Source of the DNA: Callorhinchus milii | Taxonomy: Eukaryota | Assembly: GCF_018977255.1 (NCBI RefSeq) | Contig: NW_024704743.1 | Span: 71,116,001-71,180,000 of the forward strand | DNA length: 64,000 bases | Direction: 5' to 3' | Shown here: positions 51,366 through 64,000 of the stretch, piece by piece | Position numbering within the stretch: position 1 is the first letter of the stretch | How the letters are laid out: each line of letters begins with the position of its first letter | Position numbers and translations under genes: made by a program | Notes under the pieces: generated by a model | What the model was told of the DNA's origin: nothing | Databases searched by the model: none | What the model saw: the letters and a program-made list of their open reading frames with translations, nothing else

Positions 51366-53626
51366 GCAACAACAACAACAAGAACATTGCATTTATAGAG
51401 CGCCTTTCACGTTGGGAGGACGTCCCAAGGCGCTGGACAGTTGGGTCGGGACCCGAGCAGGGGGGAAATGGTCAGGGTGAGGGGAGGGAAGGGAGGGAGC
51501 GAGGAGGAGGTAGAGAGTCGAGAGGGGAGCTGAAGGCACGGTTGAAGAGAAAGGTGGAGTCCTGTAGCTCAGTGGTTAGAGCACTCGCTTTGCAAGTGAG
51601 AGACCTGAGTTCAATTCCAGGCAGAGGGCGAAACCTTGGGCAAGTTTCCTTACTCCACACGCCTAATAATAATCCCTCCAAAACAAAACAATAATAAATT
51701 GGTCATTTTCAATCTACGACTGTTTGTGGGACATTGCTGTGTGCAATTGGCTGCCGCGTTCGCCCACAAATATACAGTCAATTCACTTTACAGTATATTC
51801 TGTGAAGCGCTTTGGGACGTCCTCCCGACGTGAAAAGCGCTATATCAAATGCAAGGATTATTATTATTATGAAGGTCTTGAGTCCGACCTTGAAGGAGGA
51901 AAGGGAGGAGGCAAGGCGAAGGCACTGGGGGATGGAGTTCCAGAGCCTCGGGGCTAAGAGGCTGAAGGCCCGGCCACTGATGGTAGGGCGGTTGGGGCGG
52001 GGGATGTGGAGCAGACCGGAGCCAGAGGAACGGTGGATACGGGCAGGTATGTGGGGGGATAGTAGGTCGGAGAGGTAGGAGGGAGCAAGGCTGTGAATGG
52101 CCTTGTAGGTGAGGATGAGGATCTTGAATTCGATCCTCTGGGGGATGGGGAGCCAGTGGAGGCGAGCGAGGGTGGGAGTGATGTGGTCCCGAAGCCTGGT
52201 GCGGGACAGTACACGAGCTGCAGAGTTCTGAATGACCTGCAGCTTGTGGAGGGAGGTGCCGGGAAGGCCGGCGAGGAGAGAGTTCCCATAGTCCAGCCTT
52301 GAGGTGATAAAGGCGTGGACCAGAGTTTCAGCAGCGTGAGGGGTGAGGTAGTGCCGTAGTCTGGCGATGTTCCGGAGGTGGTGGAAGGTCGGTGCCAGTT
52401 GTGGCGTGGGTGTGGGGAAGAAAGGACAGCTCAGGGTCGAACAGAACGCCGAGGTTCCTGACTGGTTTTGAGAGGTGGAGAGTGCAGCCTTGGATGCTGA
52501 TGCTGTCAGCGCCTGAGGTGCGGAGGCGCTGACGTGAGCCAATCAGGAGGGCCTCAGTTTTGCGCACATTGAGCTGAAGAAAGTTGTCTCTTGTCCAGGA
52601 CTCGATGTCGGACAGGCAGCTGTCAGGACATCGGTGGTCGTGGAGTTGAGAGTAGAGGAGGAAAGGTAGAGTTGGGTGTCATCCGCATACATGTGGAAGT
52701 TAACCCCATGTCTGCGGATGATGTCACCAAGGGGGAGCATATAGAGGGTGAAGAGGAGGGGACCGAGGTCAGAGCCTTAAGGGACACTGCACGAGACAGT
52801 GCGGGGGGTGGAGGAAAAGCCGTTTGCAGTGACAAAATGAAGACGGTGGGAGAGGTAGGACCTAAACCACTCAAGGACAGGGCCTTGAAGGTTGAGGTGG
52901 GAGGACAAGCGGTGGAGGAGGATAGAGTGGTCGACCGTATCGAATGCGGCCGATAGGACGAGGAGGCAGAGAGAGCCCTGGTCGCAGATGGTAAAGATGT
53001 CATTGGTGACCTTGACCAGGGCGGTTTCCATTCTATGGGCAGCACGGAAACCCGACTGAAGGGGTTCGAATAGTGAATGGGTGGAGAGGAAAGAACGCAG
53101 CTGGGAGGCGACAACTCTTTCGAGAACCTTGGACAGGAAGGGGAGGTTGGAGATGGGCCGGCAGCTTGATAGCTGCGACGCATCAAGGGAGGGTTTTTTC
53201 AGTGTGTGAGTGATGGTGGCAGTTTTGAGGGGAATGGGAACAGAGCCAGAGGAGAGGGATAGGTTAATAGTGTCTGTGAGAAGTGGGGCAAGGAGGTGGA
53301 GCTGGGAGATAAGGAGTGGAGTGGGGATGGGGTTCAGGGAGCAGGTGGTGGGTTTCAAGGACAGGATGAGTTTGGTGACAGAGGGTGGGAAACGGGTTCA
53401 AAGTTGGAGTCAGTGTGTGGGAGGGAAGGGGTGGGGGGTGGGTGGAAGTTGGAGGGGGAGTGACCGCGGAGCGGATTCCCTTGATTTTGGATTCAAGGAA
53501 ATCCAGCATCTCCTTGCAGTGAAGGTTGGAGGAGATGACCTGCGCGGGGTGGCAGGGGGGACGGAGGAGTCAGGATGTGGTGGAGAACAGAAGCCTGGGG
53601 TTGTTCTTCGCCTCCAGGATTATCCT
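51366..53626 (-). mobile_element. 5'-truncated L2 LINE, same subfamily as 41462-43697, with several frameshifts
   Basis: RT motifs in ORFs 52777-53358, 52543-52740 and 51778-52542; (CAA)n tail. Confidence 0.95.
51556..51870 (+). mobile_element. Full-length tRNA-derived SINE nested in the L2
   Basis: Complete head-to-(TTA)n copy. The short duplication aaggt at 51551-51555 and 51872-51876 restores the L2 sequence. Confidence 0.92.
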
Positions 53627-55659
53627 GAAGGAAAATACCCATTTGCCCTTATATGTCTGGGCTCAGAGTTGTGAACGACCAATTCCAAGATAGTATTTAT
53701 TTCCAAAGAGGGTCATTAATGGCTGGAATAGGACAGGGACATTGGGCTCATTTAAGTACGTCACTGGAACTATGTAACTCCAACCAGACTTTTTTTTTTG
53801 CAACTTTCATTGCAATCTACTTTGGGAGATTGGTTTAATGTTTCGTTGGTTAGCAGGAACATCCATGTGAGACTTGGACTCCAATTTCTTACTGAGGACT
53901 TGGAATCCTTAGTAAGAAATTGCAATAAATATCTTAGACCTCATTTATCCCTCAAACCACTTTTTTTTCTAGAAACGCATCTACTAGCATTGACTCTTGA
54001 GCCCAATTGTACTGTCTTCCCATAATAGTTATCCAAGAGAACATGTTACACAACACGACACACAAGAAGTCCAACATTTCTCATAGTCTTATCATAACAA
54101 CAACAATGTGCATTTTATATATTAAGATCATCATGTTAAAATTTCCAATCTTTTTAAAAAAATGTTCCAAAATTGTGCGCATTCTTAAATTTTAAGACTA
54201 AGGCTATTAGAAATTTTTGATCTAAGATTATGTGTATGCATGCGTGAAAGCAATCTGAGACACTACCACGCATGAAAGGCGTTATATAAATGCAAGTTGT
54301 TGTTATTGTGTGCGCGTGTGGGGGGGGGGTATTACTAATTAATTCCCAGTACTATCTTGTTTGCATCCTTCTGTATTCTCTCAAGGGCAATGTTTTCTTT
54401 TCTATCATAAGGTGACCAAAACTGCCCGCAGTATTCTCAATTGGATCAGTCCCAACTCCTTATGTATAATATAAATGCAGTATAAGATTTTGTTGCTGAA
54501 TAACGATAAGATTATTCTAGGCTTTCTCACATGAAATAAATTTTGCAGCTTCCTCCTAGACTGACCAGACTCATGCCTCAGCCTCAGCCAAATTAATCTC
54601 TGAAACTGTTTAGTGACTTGTTCCTCCAAAGAGATTTACTAATTTACACTAAATCATTGCAACAACAGAAGGTGAAACCCCCCAAGATTGCTGCTAACTG
54701 TTGGTTGAATACTGCAGTCAAAAGCATAATGCCACATGCCTTCTTTGAGGACATTATTTAGAGCAGCGCTGGATTGGAAGGGAAAGAATCTTCCTTTGAT
54801 GTGATAAATGTTGAATATAAATGCTAAATGGCCCTCGATTATAGTCTATGAAATTGCTACTATATGAGGGAGTTGAGAAATGACTTCTAATCTCACATCT
54901 TTCTTGAGGTTGTTAATTACCTACTAGTAATCTTTTGTTCGAGCTGGTTTCACAAGTTTGGATCATGCTCTACTTTTCACACTATTCCAGGAATGCTAGA
55001 CATTTCCAATGCATCACAGTTTGCCCCTTGACTAGTTTAAATACTTCTGTGATAAAGTGCCTATATGGCTGGAATAGGTCTGATGAGTAACAAACTCATC
55101 CTATCACACTGAAGTGAATCTCACCAGTTGGACTGAATGGCCTGTTTCTATGACGTATCATTCTATGTAAATTGAGGCAAAAATTCTACAGCTTAAATAG
55201 TTGATCAGCAAATTCTCTAATTCTTTCATCTCTCTTCTGCAACGTGTTTGCAACCCTCTTCCTCATCTTTTTAATTGCCTCTTGCATTCGGTATCTTCCT
55301 TGGAGATAGCTTCTTTTATTTTTACGTTGTTTCTAATTTTTTCCTTTGGTTTCTGCAAAGTCGGTTTAAACTCGTTTCAGCATTAGTACTTGTTTGAAAA
55401 ATCAATTTTATTCATAATTATAATATTTTTTATCTATTCCATTCTCCTGTATACAGTTTTGTTTAATCTGTAAGGGCTGAAATCATTGGAAAACTGTTTA
55501 TTCAGGATTTAAAGAGCTTTGTAATGCGAAGAAACTGCTGATAAGGGAAGATGCAGCATTGATCTTGTGTTTCAACAATTGGTTCATTATTATTGTGAAT
55601 GTTAATTGGTCTGCATCACACTATACTGCTCAATATTCTCTCCAAGATAGCGATAGTGT

Positions 55660-56038
55660 TTAGAGTTCAAAATCCTCTTCCTCGCCCTCAAAGCCCTTCA
55701 CGGCTTTGCTCCTTCCTACCTCTGTGACCTGATGACTCAATATCAACCTGTCTGCTACCTCTGCTCAGCAACTACTTCTACATCCCCCGCCCGCCCCACC
55801 ATCGGTGGTCGGGCATTCAGGCTTTCTGCCCGCACCCTTTGGAACTCCATCCTACAGTCCCTTTGTCTTGATCCCTTCAAGGCATGTCTAAAAACCCTCC
55901 TCTTCGACCATGCCATCGATCACCCTCCTACCCCTACCATCCCTGCTATCCATCCTCCCTGATCCCAACTCCCTGACTGTCGAGTTGGGACATCCTCCCA
56001 ACGTGAAAGGAGTTACACAAATGTAATTTGTTGTTGTT
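55660..56038 (+). mobile_element. L2 LINE 3' fragment
   Basis: [27 protein letters not shown]; (TTG)n tail. Confidence 0.85.
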
Positions 56039-59000
56039 CACTGTTTAATCTAGAAAAATCAAAAGAAATTCAACAGTTAAATAACATTGAAGTACTTCTT
56101 GTTGTTAATATTTTTAAAGAAAGTCTCACTAATGATAAAGCTCATTCTTTACATTGGATTAGGTGGTTGTATTGATTCAGGGATAAAATTGAGTGTAATA
56201 ATGGGATATTGTTACTACACTGGAGACCACAGCGTTCAGCACCGGTATTCAGGGGAAAGCTACAGATAATATACAATCACATTTACCTGAAATTTCAGTA
56301 TTTTAGTTTGAAACCTGCTTGTTCTTGTCTGATTTCCCAAGAGATGTTATGTTAGTCAGGTCTGTATCTCATTTCTATTCTCTGTGGAGTTCTGGCCATA
56401 ATAATTACAACCTACAGGGATTTATTTCCATTTCTGTGCTTTTATATGGGTATTCATACTGCTATTTCAGTGAAAGATATATTATATGTATGACTGGACT
56501 TGATAGTTCACTAGAAAAATAAGCTTCTGCTTTGTGAGTTCTTTTTGGTGAAAAATGAGACTGAGTCATGTGTTGTTTTAGGTATTTGGTGCATAAGATT
56601 GTACTGATTTTAAAATTGAACTAAATTAAGCATTTTCCATTTTGACTACAGTTATCAATGATGCAATTGTTCCTTGGCCTCATCGTAATCAGGGTTGTTT
56701 ACTGTGATTTATTTCTCGGCACGTCCAAGAGAGGATGATCTGCTTTGCCAACACTGGAATAGACATTTGTTTTGATTATGTTTTTGGACCACACTTTGTT
56801 TGATCGGAGGTGGTAGCAGGAGGTTGGCAGGATTGTTGGCCAGGACACGAGGAGAAACTCACATTTTTTTTGAATAGTGCTATGGGATCTTCTACATCCA
56901 CCTGAACAGGCAGACGGGACCTCGGTGTAACTTCTATTCCGAAGGACGGGCATACTGTGTGATTGATGCAATGGCCGGGGTGGAGCAGGCTGGGATACCA
57001 ATATGTTGGGAAGGAACAAACTGAGATTCAGATGCAATGGAAGGAAATGGACTGAGAGACTGACGAAGGAGCCTTGGAGTGGGAGATAGACATGATGGGA
57101 AAGAGTGGAATGGGAGCCCAAAGCTATGAGGAATAGCCAAGAAGATAGATATACGTGGAATGGGATATGGTTACAATTAAGAACTGATTGGGAAGAATCG
57201 CAGATAATTATTTAAAATCAGGCTTAAAGGAAAACAGAATAAATTCAGACCCAAATGAATTGAAAGCTGCCTGGAACGTAGTGCTTCATGTGCTGTTGGG
57301 AACCCTGTAAATGTTCTCTGCACAATGTAGTGGGTCAGGGTTGAGAAATGTTAGACTGATATGTTGGAATTTCACTCAATTCCTTCAGGTATTGCAGAGC
57401 TTTATCTGTACCTGTGGTTTATTCACATTCTTCAGGAGCTTACATAAAAACATTGGAATGTAAAGCATGCTATAGAACATTGTGGTTAATCTTCTGAGAG
57501 ATAGTGTTTTTTTTGAAAAATTGACATGTATTCCTCAATTACTTTCTTCATTAATTCCTTCGAGTTTGCTGTCACAATCTTCTTCCAAAATATAAGTACC
57601 CTCCCCTTGACTATCCAGTTAAGGAACTGCTCTCCCTTGCCTGGATAGTCTGCTGCATGTATTCAGTGCTTTTGTGTAAAGTAGTTGAAACCAAACCTTC
57701 CTTTCACCTTTTCTTTTCTGGGCTGAAAACCATGCCCCTTGATGTTGTTCGTTTCATGAACTGGGTAGAACCCATGATTGTAGAAATGTTGTGTGCCATC
57801 AATATTTGAAACGTGAGAGACCAAAGTTGGATCTCTGTTTTGATTTTCTTATGTTTTGACACCCAAATCTGCTTCTCCTCCTCCAGCTTTAACTCCAGGT
57901 CCACTGATGTTCTGTCAGCTTGTCAGACATCAAGGCCTGTATGAGTGAAAACTTCCTGCAATTGAATGTCAACAAGATGGGAGAAGCCATACTCCTTGGC
58001 TCCTGTCAATATCTTCTCTCCTGTTGCTCTGACCTTCTGAACGTTCCTGGCCTATCCCTAGGGCTTAATGAACCCAGTCAGGTTCAATTCTCAGCTTACT
58101 AACCCGTATTCATTCTCTGATAAAATCCCTTTCCGCAACCTCCATCACGCCTAAAGACCTTCCTCTTCGACCATGCTTATGGTCACTTTCACTCTTCCCC
58201 CACGGTTCAACATCAAGCTCCGCCATTGTTAAGCACTTTGACGCTATCCTGTGTGAAATTATGTTGTCTTGGATGATTACACATCGCTATTTTGGTTACT
58301 TTCATTCAAGTAGTGTTTTTCGATTGCTCCCTATTTTATGTTTGAGCTTGTTCAATTGATTGCCATAGATTTCCCAGGAAAAGGAGCCTTTCGGGAGATT
58401 TCTGTCTTACGCTTTTACCTTTGCTCATTATATCCGACACATTTTGTGCACCAAACCTTTGTTGTAAATATTATTTCACCTCCACCCTGTTTTAAAGCCA
58501 TGGATGAGCAGCAGACACTTTTCTTATACTGTATCTCAATCCTGAGTACATGATGTTACTGATATTCTGGCTGGCTCGCTCAATGTGACTTCTCACAGTA
58601 TATGAAGATGTCAGCCTTGTGCGATCAGATCAGTTTGGAGGCAGTAGCATATCATTACAGTATAACTATATGCAATGAATCCTAAGAGAGATCACCAAAG
58701 GAGCTGGATTGTGAGATATCTTGCCGTGCTCTACTCAATGACTCTCCAAGTAGACAATTTTTTTTCATTAAGAATGCTCACTGTACTGCAGGAGAAGCTG
58801 AAAGATGTTTTCAACATTAATTCCCACCTTGGTTTCAGAGATCAGTTTAATGGTCACACAGTCACCACAATGATAGTATGTTGTAGATTCATTAGATATT
58901 AGCAGTTTCCAGACTAACACCATTCCCCCGTCCCCCAAATTCGTATTAATGTATTCCGTTTGTGCCTATGGATTAAGTGGAATCGTTCTTAATAATCATT

Positions 59001-60614
59001 GTGTGTGTGTGGGGGGGTTGGGGGGGCAATTGTACAGGTTGCCACAAACTATCTGGGATTCACTGTCCATGTACAGCGAAACACTTGATACTCTAATTGA
59101 AGTTTGCTGTATTAATTTGTTATATTAATTGAGAACTTGCCTTATGGATAACCTGAGGCAAGATTGCTGATCTGTAAAATGATTATTGTAACTGCAAAAT
59201 GAAAATAAGGGAACTTTGCAGTAACCTCCAGCCAGACTGATTGAGCTTTAATACTTTTCCTCATGTGGCTTTTACTATTAATGTGGAACTCAATTGGATT
59301 TTTAGGAGGGAAAGAAAACAATTTTATGATCGTCAAAGCCATTCAAAATGAAAAACAGCTTTGATTTTTTGAGCTGGAAAAAATTCCCATCAATCAAGAT
59401 GTCGTTTGTTGGTTATAGAGGATTGATATCAATGTATCATTATGAAATATTAACTGTCCTTTGTGATAAATATTTGGTTGTCTTTGGTTTATAGATTAAA
59501 GTAATGCTGACGATTCTAGAAATTATGTTGACAGGTTCACTTTATTGCTGAAGATGTTGTCAATAAAACTAGGAAATATTATAGTTTGGAGAAATATTTT
59601 GTTGGTTTTATGTGAATGAACTGAGCTATGTATTTTATAAATGCCTCCTGTCTAAAGTGTACTTGTTTGCCGTAGAATCATTTATCATTTTTTTTACCAC
59701 AAATAACCTGCAAACAGCAATGTATGTCGCCTGTTCTTGTATCTTTCCTTTTTCTCTCGAGTTCCAAGCAGCTCTGTGCTTCCTTGTTTCTGTTTGCCAT
59801 TAACGGCAGAAAAATGATGAAGTACTACTTTCAAGTCGTGTTGAGGGTAATAATAAATAATGATTCTTGCATTTGATAAAGCACCTTATCACATTGCCGA
59901 GACATCTCAAAGTGTTTCACAGTCACGTAAAGTGGTGTGACTGTGTTTTTGTGGCCGAACTCCAGTACTCGTTTTTACATCGTCGAATGATTACAAATAA
60001 TTCAGGTTAACTTCAACATTCTTGTCTCTTTCTGTGTGATCTTACAAAAAATTATTTTATTTATGACTACCATTGCTGAAGTAGCTTTGAAGGTCACTTT
60101 GAAATTGGCAGAGGGGAGCTACTATACCCGATGGTGTGAAAGAGCAAAACTAACTAGTAAAGATAAAGTGACATGATTGTCGAAACATCTTGGGTTAATG
60201 ACTCCTTGACGAACCGTTCATATGGGGTCAGCTTCCTCAGGCTTTCCATCTCACCTCAAAGTTGGTTAAGATGTGGTTTAATGTTTGATTAAGGTTAAAA
60301 ATGAGTTTCAAACTAATTTATTTGGAACGAGCTGCTTGTCGTGAGACTAGCTTCTGTAAATAGTTTTTAAGGTATTTGGGGGATCTATAAAGGTTAATAT
60401 CTTTTCAGGATCCGATTAGATTTTATGTTTTCAAATTGAAAATTTAAGGCTTTTTATTTCTGGTAGGATTCAGTTGGAGGACTGAAGACTTAATAATCTG
60501 ACTGACAATTTGCAATTGTTCTGGTGCTGTGTAGTACTGTAACCTGTGAATCGACCTTGATTTATTACTAGAATGAACTCCTTCAGTAAAGTCTTGTGTT
60601 TTGCCTTTTTCCAG

Positions 60615-60734
60615 GTTCTTACAACATTGGAGCAGTTAGAAAAAGTCAGCAGTTTTCAGGAGTTCGTACAGATCTTCAGTCAGTTTGGAAATGAGATGGT
60701 AGAATTTGCCCATTTGACAGGAGACCGACAAAAC
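60615..60734 (+). CDS. CTNNAL1: Alpha-catulin internal coding exon (probable exon 4), 120 nt
   Basis: Translates VLTTLEQLEKVSSFQEFVQIFSQFGNEMVEFAHLTGDRQN, matching the conserved alpha-catulin FQEFVQIFSQFGNEMVEFAHL motif. Acceptor is ttttgcctttttccag| and donor is AAC|gtaggt; phase 0 to 0. Confidence 0.95.
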
Positions 60735-61429
60735 GTAGGTATTAGATCAGCTGCAGTGATGAAGGAATTTTCACTAATGTTTGTGGTGTTCTAAACTTTC
60801 CCATCACAACCCAAATGAAGCACAGAATGTCTCCCTACTATTTTCACTAGCTGCTGCCTGACACACGTCCTGCTGCTTGTTCAATTATGACCACCTTACC
60901 TATTAGTGTTTTGGCTTTCAGAGTTAAAAGAAGCTGACTGGGAGAAATCCCAAATTGCAATGACTGGTGTGCCCTCTGATGAGGTAGGTTGGTCGGTTGC
61001 CCTGTAAAGCTGCATCTCACCTGGCTTAGGAGCAGACTACAGAGTCACCATGCAGGTTTGACTCGATTCTAACATTCAAACGGAGCCAGCTCAACTCAAT
61101 GACCCCGCTTACCTCCCGCAAACGAGGATAGTCACTACTAATAATAATAATTCTGGCATTTGGTATAGCGTTTTTCATGTTGGGAGAAAGTCCCAAGGCG
61201 CTTCACAGGATTTACTGTGAAGTGGAGTAACTGTATTTGTAGGTGAATGCGGCAGCCCAATGTCCCACAACAGCCATGATACGATTAATCAAGATTGATT
61301 TGGATGATTAGCTGCTTGTGCACAGTTCAACTAGAGTGCTGACATGATGATCAATGGTTTACACGGTGCATTTTACTTTCATTTAATGATATTAAGTGCA
61401 GAATCTTAGAATTAAATTGCATTCTGACA

Positions 61430-62740
61430 AATAATGTTCAGTACAGATGAAATGCAAAGTATTCCTTGTACAAGTCAAAGTGGGAGGTCCCATGTACTCA
61501 GAATATGGATAATACTTGACAAAGGAGAAGTTGAAAGAGATCTAAGGGTGTGAATTGACATGTAGCTCATCATGTCCAGACAGTGTAAGATAGCAATAAA
61601 CAAAGCAAAACTGGTTGGTAGGTTCATTGCTAAATCAAGTGAGTTCAGATCCTCAGAAGCCACGTTTCGAGTGCTCAGTTTGCATAGAATTTTGGTCACC
61701 ACAACATAAGGGGTTTGCAGCAAATGAGGAGAATACCCATGCCTTTCAAGCAGTGCAGAGGAGAGCACAAAGGTTCAATCTAGTGTTACAGGATGATCTA
61801 TGAAAAACACTAGGGCTATTCAGTTTTGAAAAGGACATCTCAGAGGAGACTTCATAGAGGTGTATAAATAAGGTGCTTTATGGGTTAGGGAAAGTAAACT
61901 TGGAACAATACTTTCAGATTTTCCATTGTAGTAGAACAAGATGGCACAGGCTCATGGTTGTGAAGGGCAGCATTAATATAAACAAAGAAATATCCAATTA
62001 GAGATGGAATAAAATCTTGTAATGAGAAAGGAGGAATGGCAGGTATCCTGCAGTTTTTGCCTCATTCTTTAGTCGAGTTTGATAGTAGTCAGCGTATAAC
62101 AACAACAACAACTTGCGTTTATATAGCTCCCTTCACGTAGTGTTCTATAATGGCGGGGTGGGTGATGAGACTGAAGGGTTGAGGGGGGGAGTTCCATACG
62201 TCAGCGGTGTCTAGTTGGAAAATTTAGCTACTGATGACTAGGCATCAAGAGAAGATGTTTTGATCACAGGGAATAACAATAGAAAAGGAAGTGGTATTGA
62301 AAAAGTTGGCAGAGCACAAAGTAGAAAAGTCAACAGGCCTTGATGCCTGGTGGGTAACTATAGACCAGTCAGACGAACATCTGGAGTAGTTAAAATTTTC
62401 ACAGCAGGATAAAATAATCACTTAGTTAAGTATTAGTTAAGTAATGGCAGCCAGCACTGATTTATTAAAGACAAGTCATGCTTGCAAAATTTAATAGAGT
62501 TCTTTGAGGAATAGAGTCTGTGGATCAAGGGAATGCATTGGACATTGTGTATATAGATTTTCAAAGAGTGTTTGATATGGTGCCTCACAGAAAGCTTGTT
62601 GAAAGAATCAAGATACAGAATATAAAAGAGGTTGTGGCAGCATGGATAGAGCATTGGCTAATGGACCCAAAGGAGGAATAAATAGATGTGTTTTCAAATT
62701 GGAATGATGTAACAGTGGAGTCCATAGGACTAGCTTTTCT
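61430..62740 (+). mobile_element. Old CR1-clade LINE fragments (~61430-61990 and ~62410-62740)
   Basis: aatgttcagtacagatgaaatgcaaagt...gaaagagatctaaggg...ttttggtcacc and cagcactgatttattaaagacaagtcatgcttg...gacattgtgtatatagattttcaaag are CR1 RT segments. Confidence 0.7.
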
Positions 62741-62794
62741 CAATATAGTATATCCTTTTGCTTTTTGGCCTTTCATACTACAACTAATACTAAT

Positions 62795-63030
62795 AGGTTG
62801 TTAGTTGATTGGCGGATCGCTTTTCCGAGAGTAATAATCCCTTCAAAATAAATTAAAATAAATTGGTCACTCAATCCACGCCTGTTTGTGGGACACTGCT
62901 TGCGCAATTGCCTGCGGCGTTTTGCCCACAAAATATACGGTCAATCCACTTTACAGTATATTCTGTGAAGCATCTTTGACACACCTCAAAGACGTGATAA
63001 GGCGCTATATCAAATGCAAGGATTATTATT
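62795..63030 (+). mobile_element. SINE 3' portion (long subfamily)
   Basis: ggttgttagttgattggcggatcgcttttcc...aaggattattatta. Confidence 0.8.
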
Positions 63031-64000
63031 ACAACAGTGTTATTGTTTCTATGCTGATAAAACGTAAAATAGTTAAACATTTTGTTTTAGTGAATACCAC
63101 TGCAACAATATACATTGCATCACTTCAGTTTAATCGGTCACCTTTTGATACTTGAAATCCTGCCCACTTCATACCTTTGTACACAAATGTAATGTTTGCC
63201 TCATGATCCATGACACAGCAGGTTAACTCATTGGAGATTGAATACTCTGTGACTTAAAAAGGTTCACACATACAAGACCATTTCATTTTACTTGTATCAC
63301 ACTTGTGAATCAGTCTCTCATCTCATCGAGTATTGATTGGTTTTACGAGTACAATCTGCTGAGATGTGGCCGATGTGATTTCTAGGGAGTGATCTCCTAA
63401 ACCGTCCTTTATTGTTGTACACTAGATAGTTTATTGAGGCACATTCGAGAACAGTATACATCTGGAGGCACAGCTGCCCATGTTACATACACGACAGAGT
63501 TTAGCACCTGGCTGTGTTGTGCATCAGAGCAATAAAAAGGTAATTTGAGTTGGTGCAAGTTAACTGATTTCTTTCTGAGACTCCAGAATAGTCTTTCATA
63601 GTAGTAGACTTTTTTTTTGAACAGTGTGTAGTATCCGACTTGTGTCTTTATATTTTGTTGATGCAAGAAATGTTACGTACTTATAAATGTTTTTTTTAAC
63701 ATGCATACAATACAACTGATTCATTATGTGCCTTTATACTATATTTTGTTTTGCAATTGAATTTAAGATCATCTGTGTATACAATGTAGAAGATGTGGCT
63801 TAATATTTAGGTTTTTTAATTTAAACATTTTAAAAATGAAAGCAATGGTTATATTTGATATAGCACCTTATTGCTTTGGGACGTCCCACCAATCAAAGCA
63901 CATAGCTGGTCAGGGCCCGAGCTAAAATTGGTCAAATTCCTGGTCATTATGTCCCCACAGACATCACTTGGGAGCTGGCGGGCACCCAGGAAGTGAGATG

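Overview
Eukaryotic (vertebrate) DNA, most likely a cartilaginous fish. A holocephalan-like origin is inferred from the L2, CR1, DeuSINE and tRNA-SINE content. The + strand carries three internal coding exons of alpha-catulin (CTNNAL1-like; 33652-33841, 46579-46766, 60615-60734), with canonical splice sites and matching phases. Neither the first coding exon nor the exon after 60734 was found, so most of the window is intron, densely filled with retroelements. The main unexplained signal is a series of minus-strand, exon-like, protein-like segments from about 1.1 to 15.8 kb, carrying premature stops and TE insertions. They look like a decayed multi-exon gene lying antisense within or upstream of CTNNAL1. 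Other points of interest are a Penelope-type inverted-repeat element with a minimal hammerhead ribozyme core and a 13-bp TSD, a degenerate partial copy of exon 3 upstream of exon 3, a (GCCCTGGTGAGCAGTGA)(CA)n minisatellite just after exon 3, and an unclassified poly(A)-tailed retroposon family. No prokaryotic systems are present. Repeat boundaries were read by eye and are approximate.
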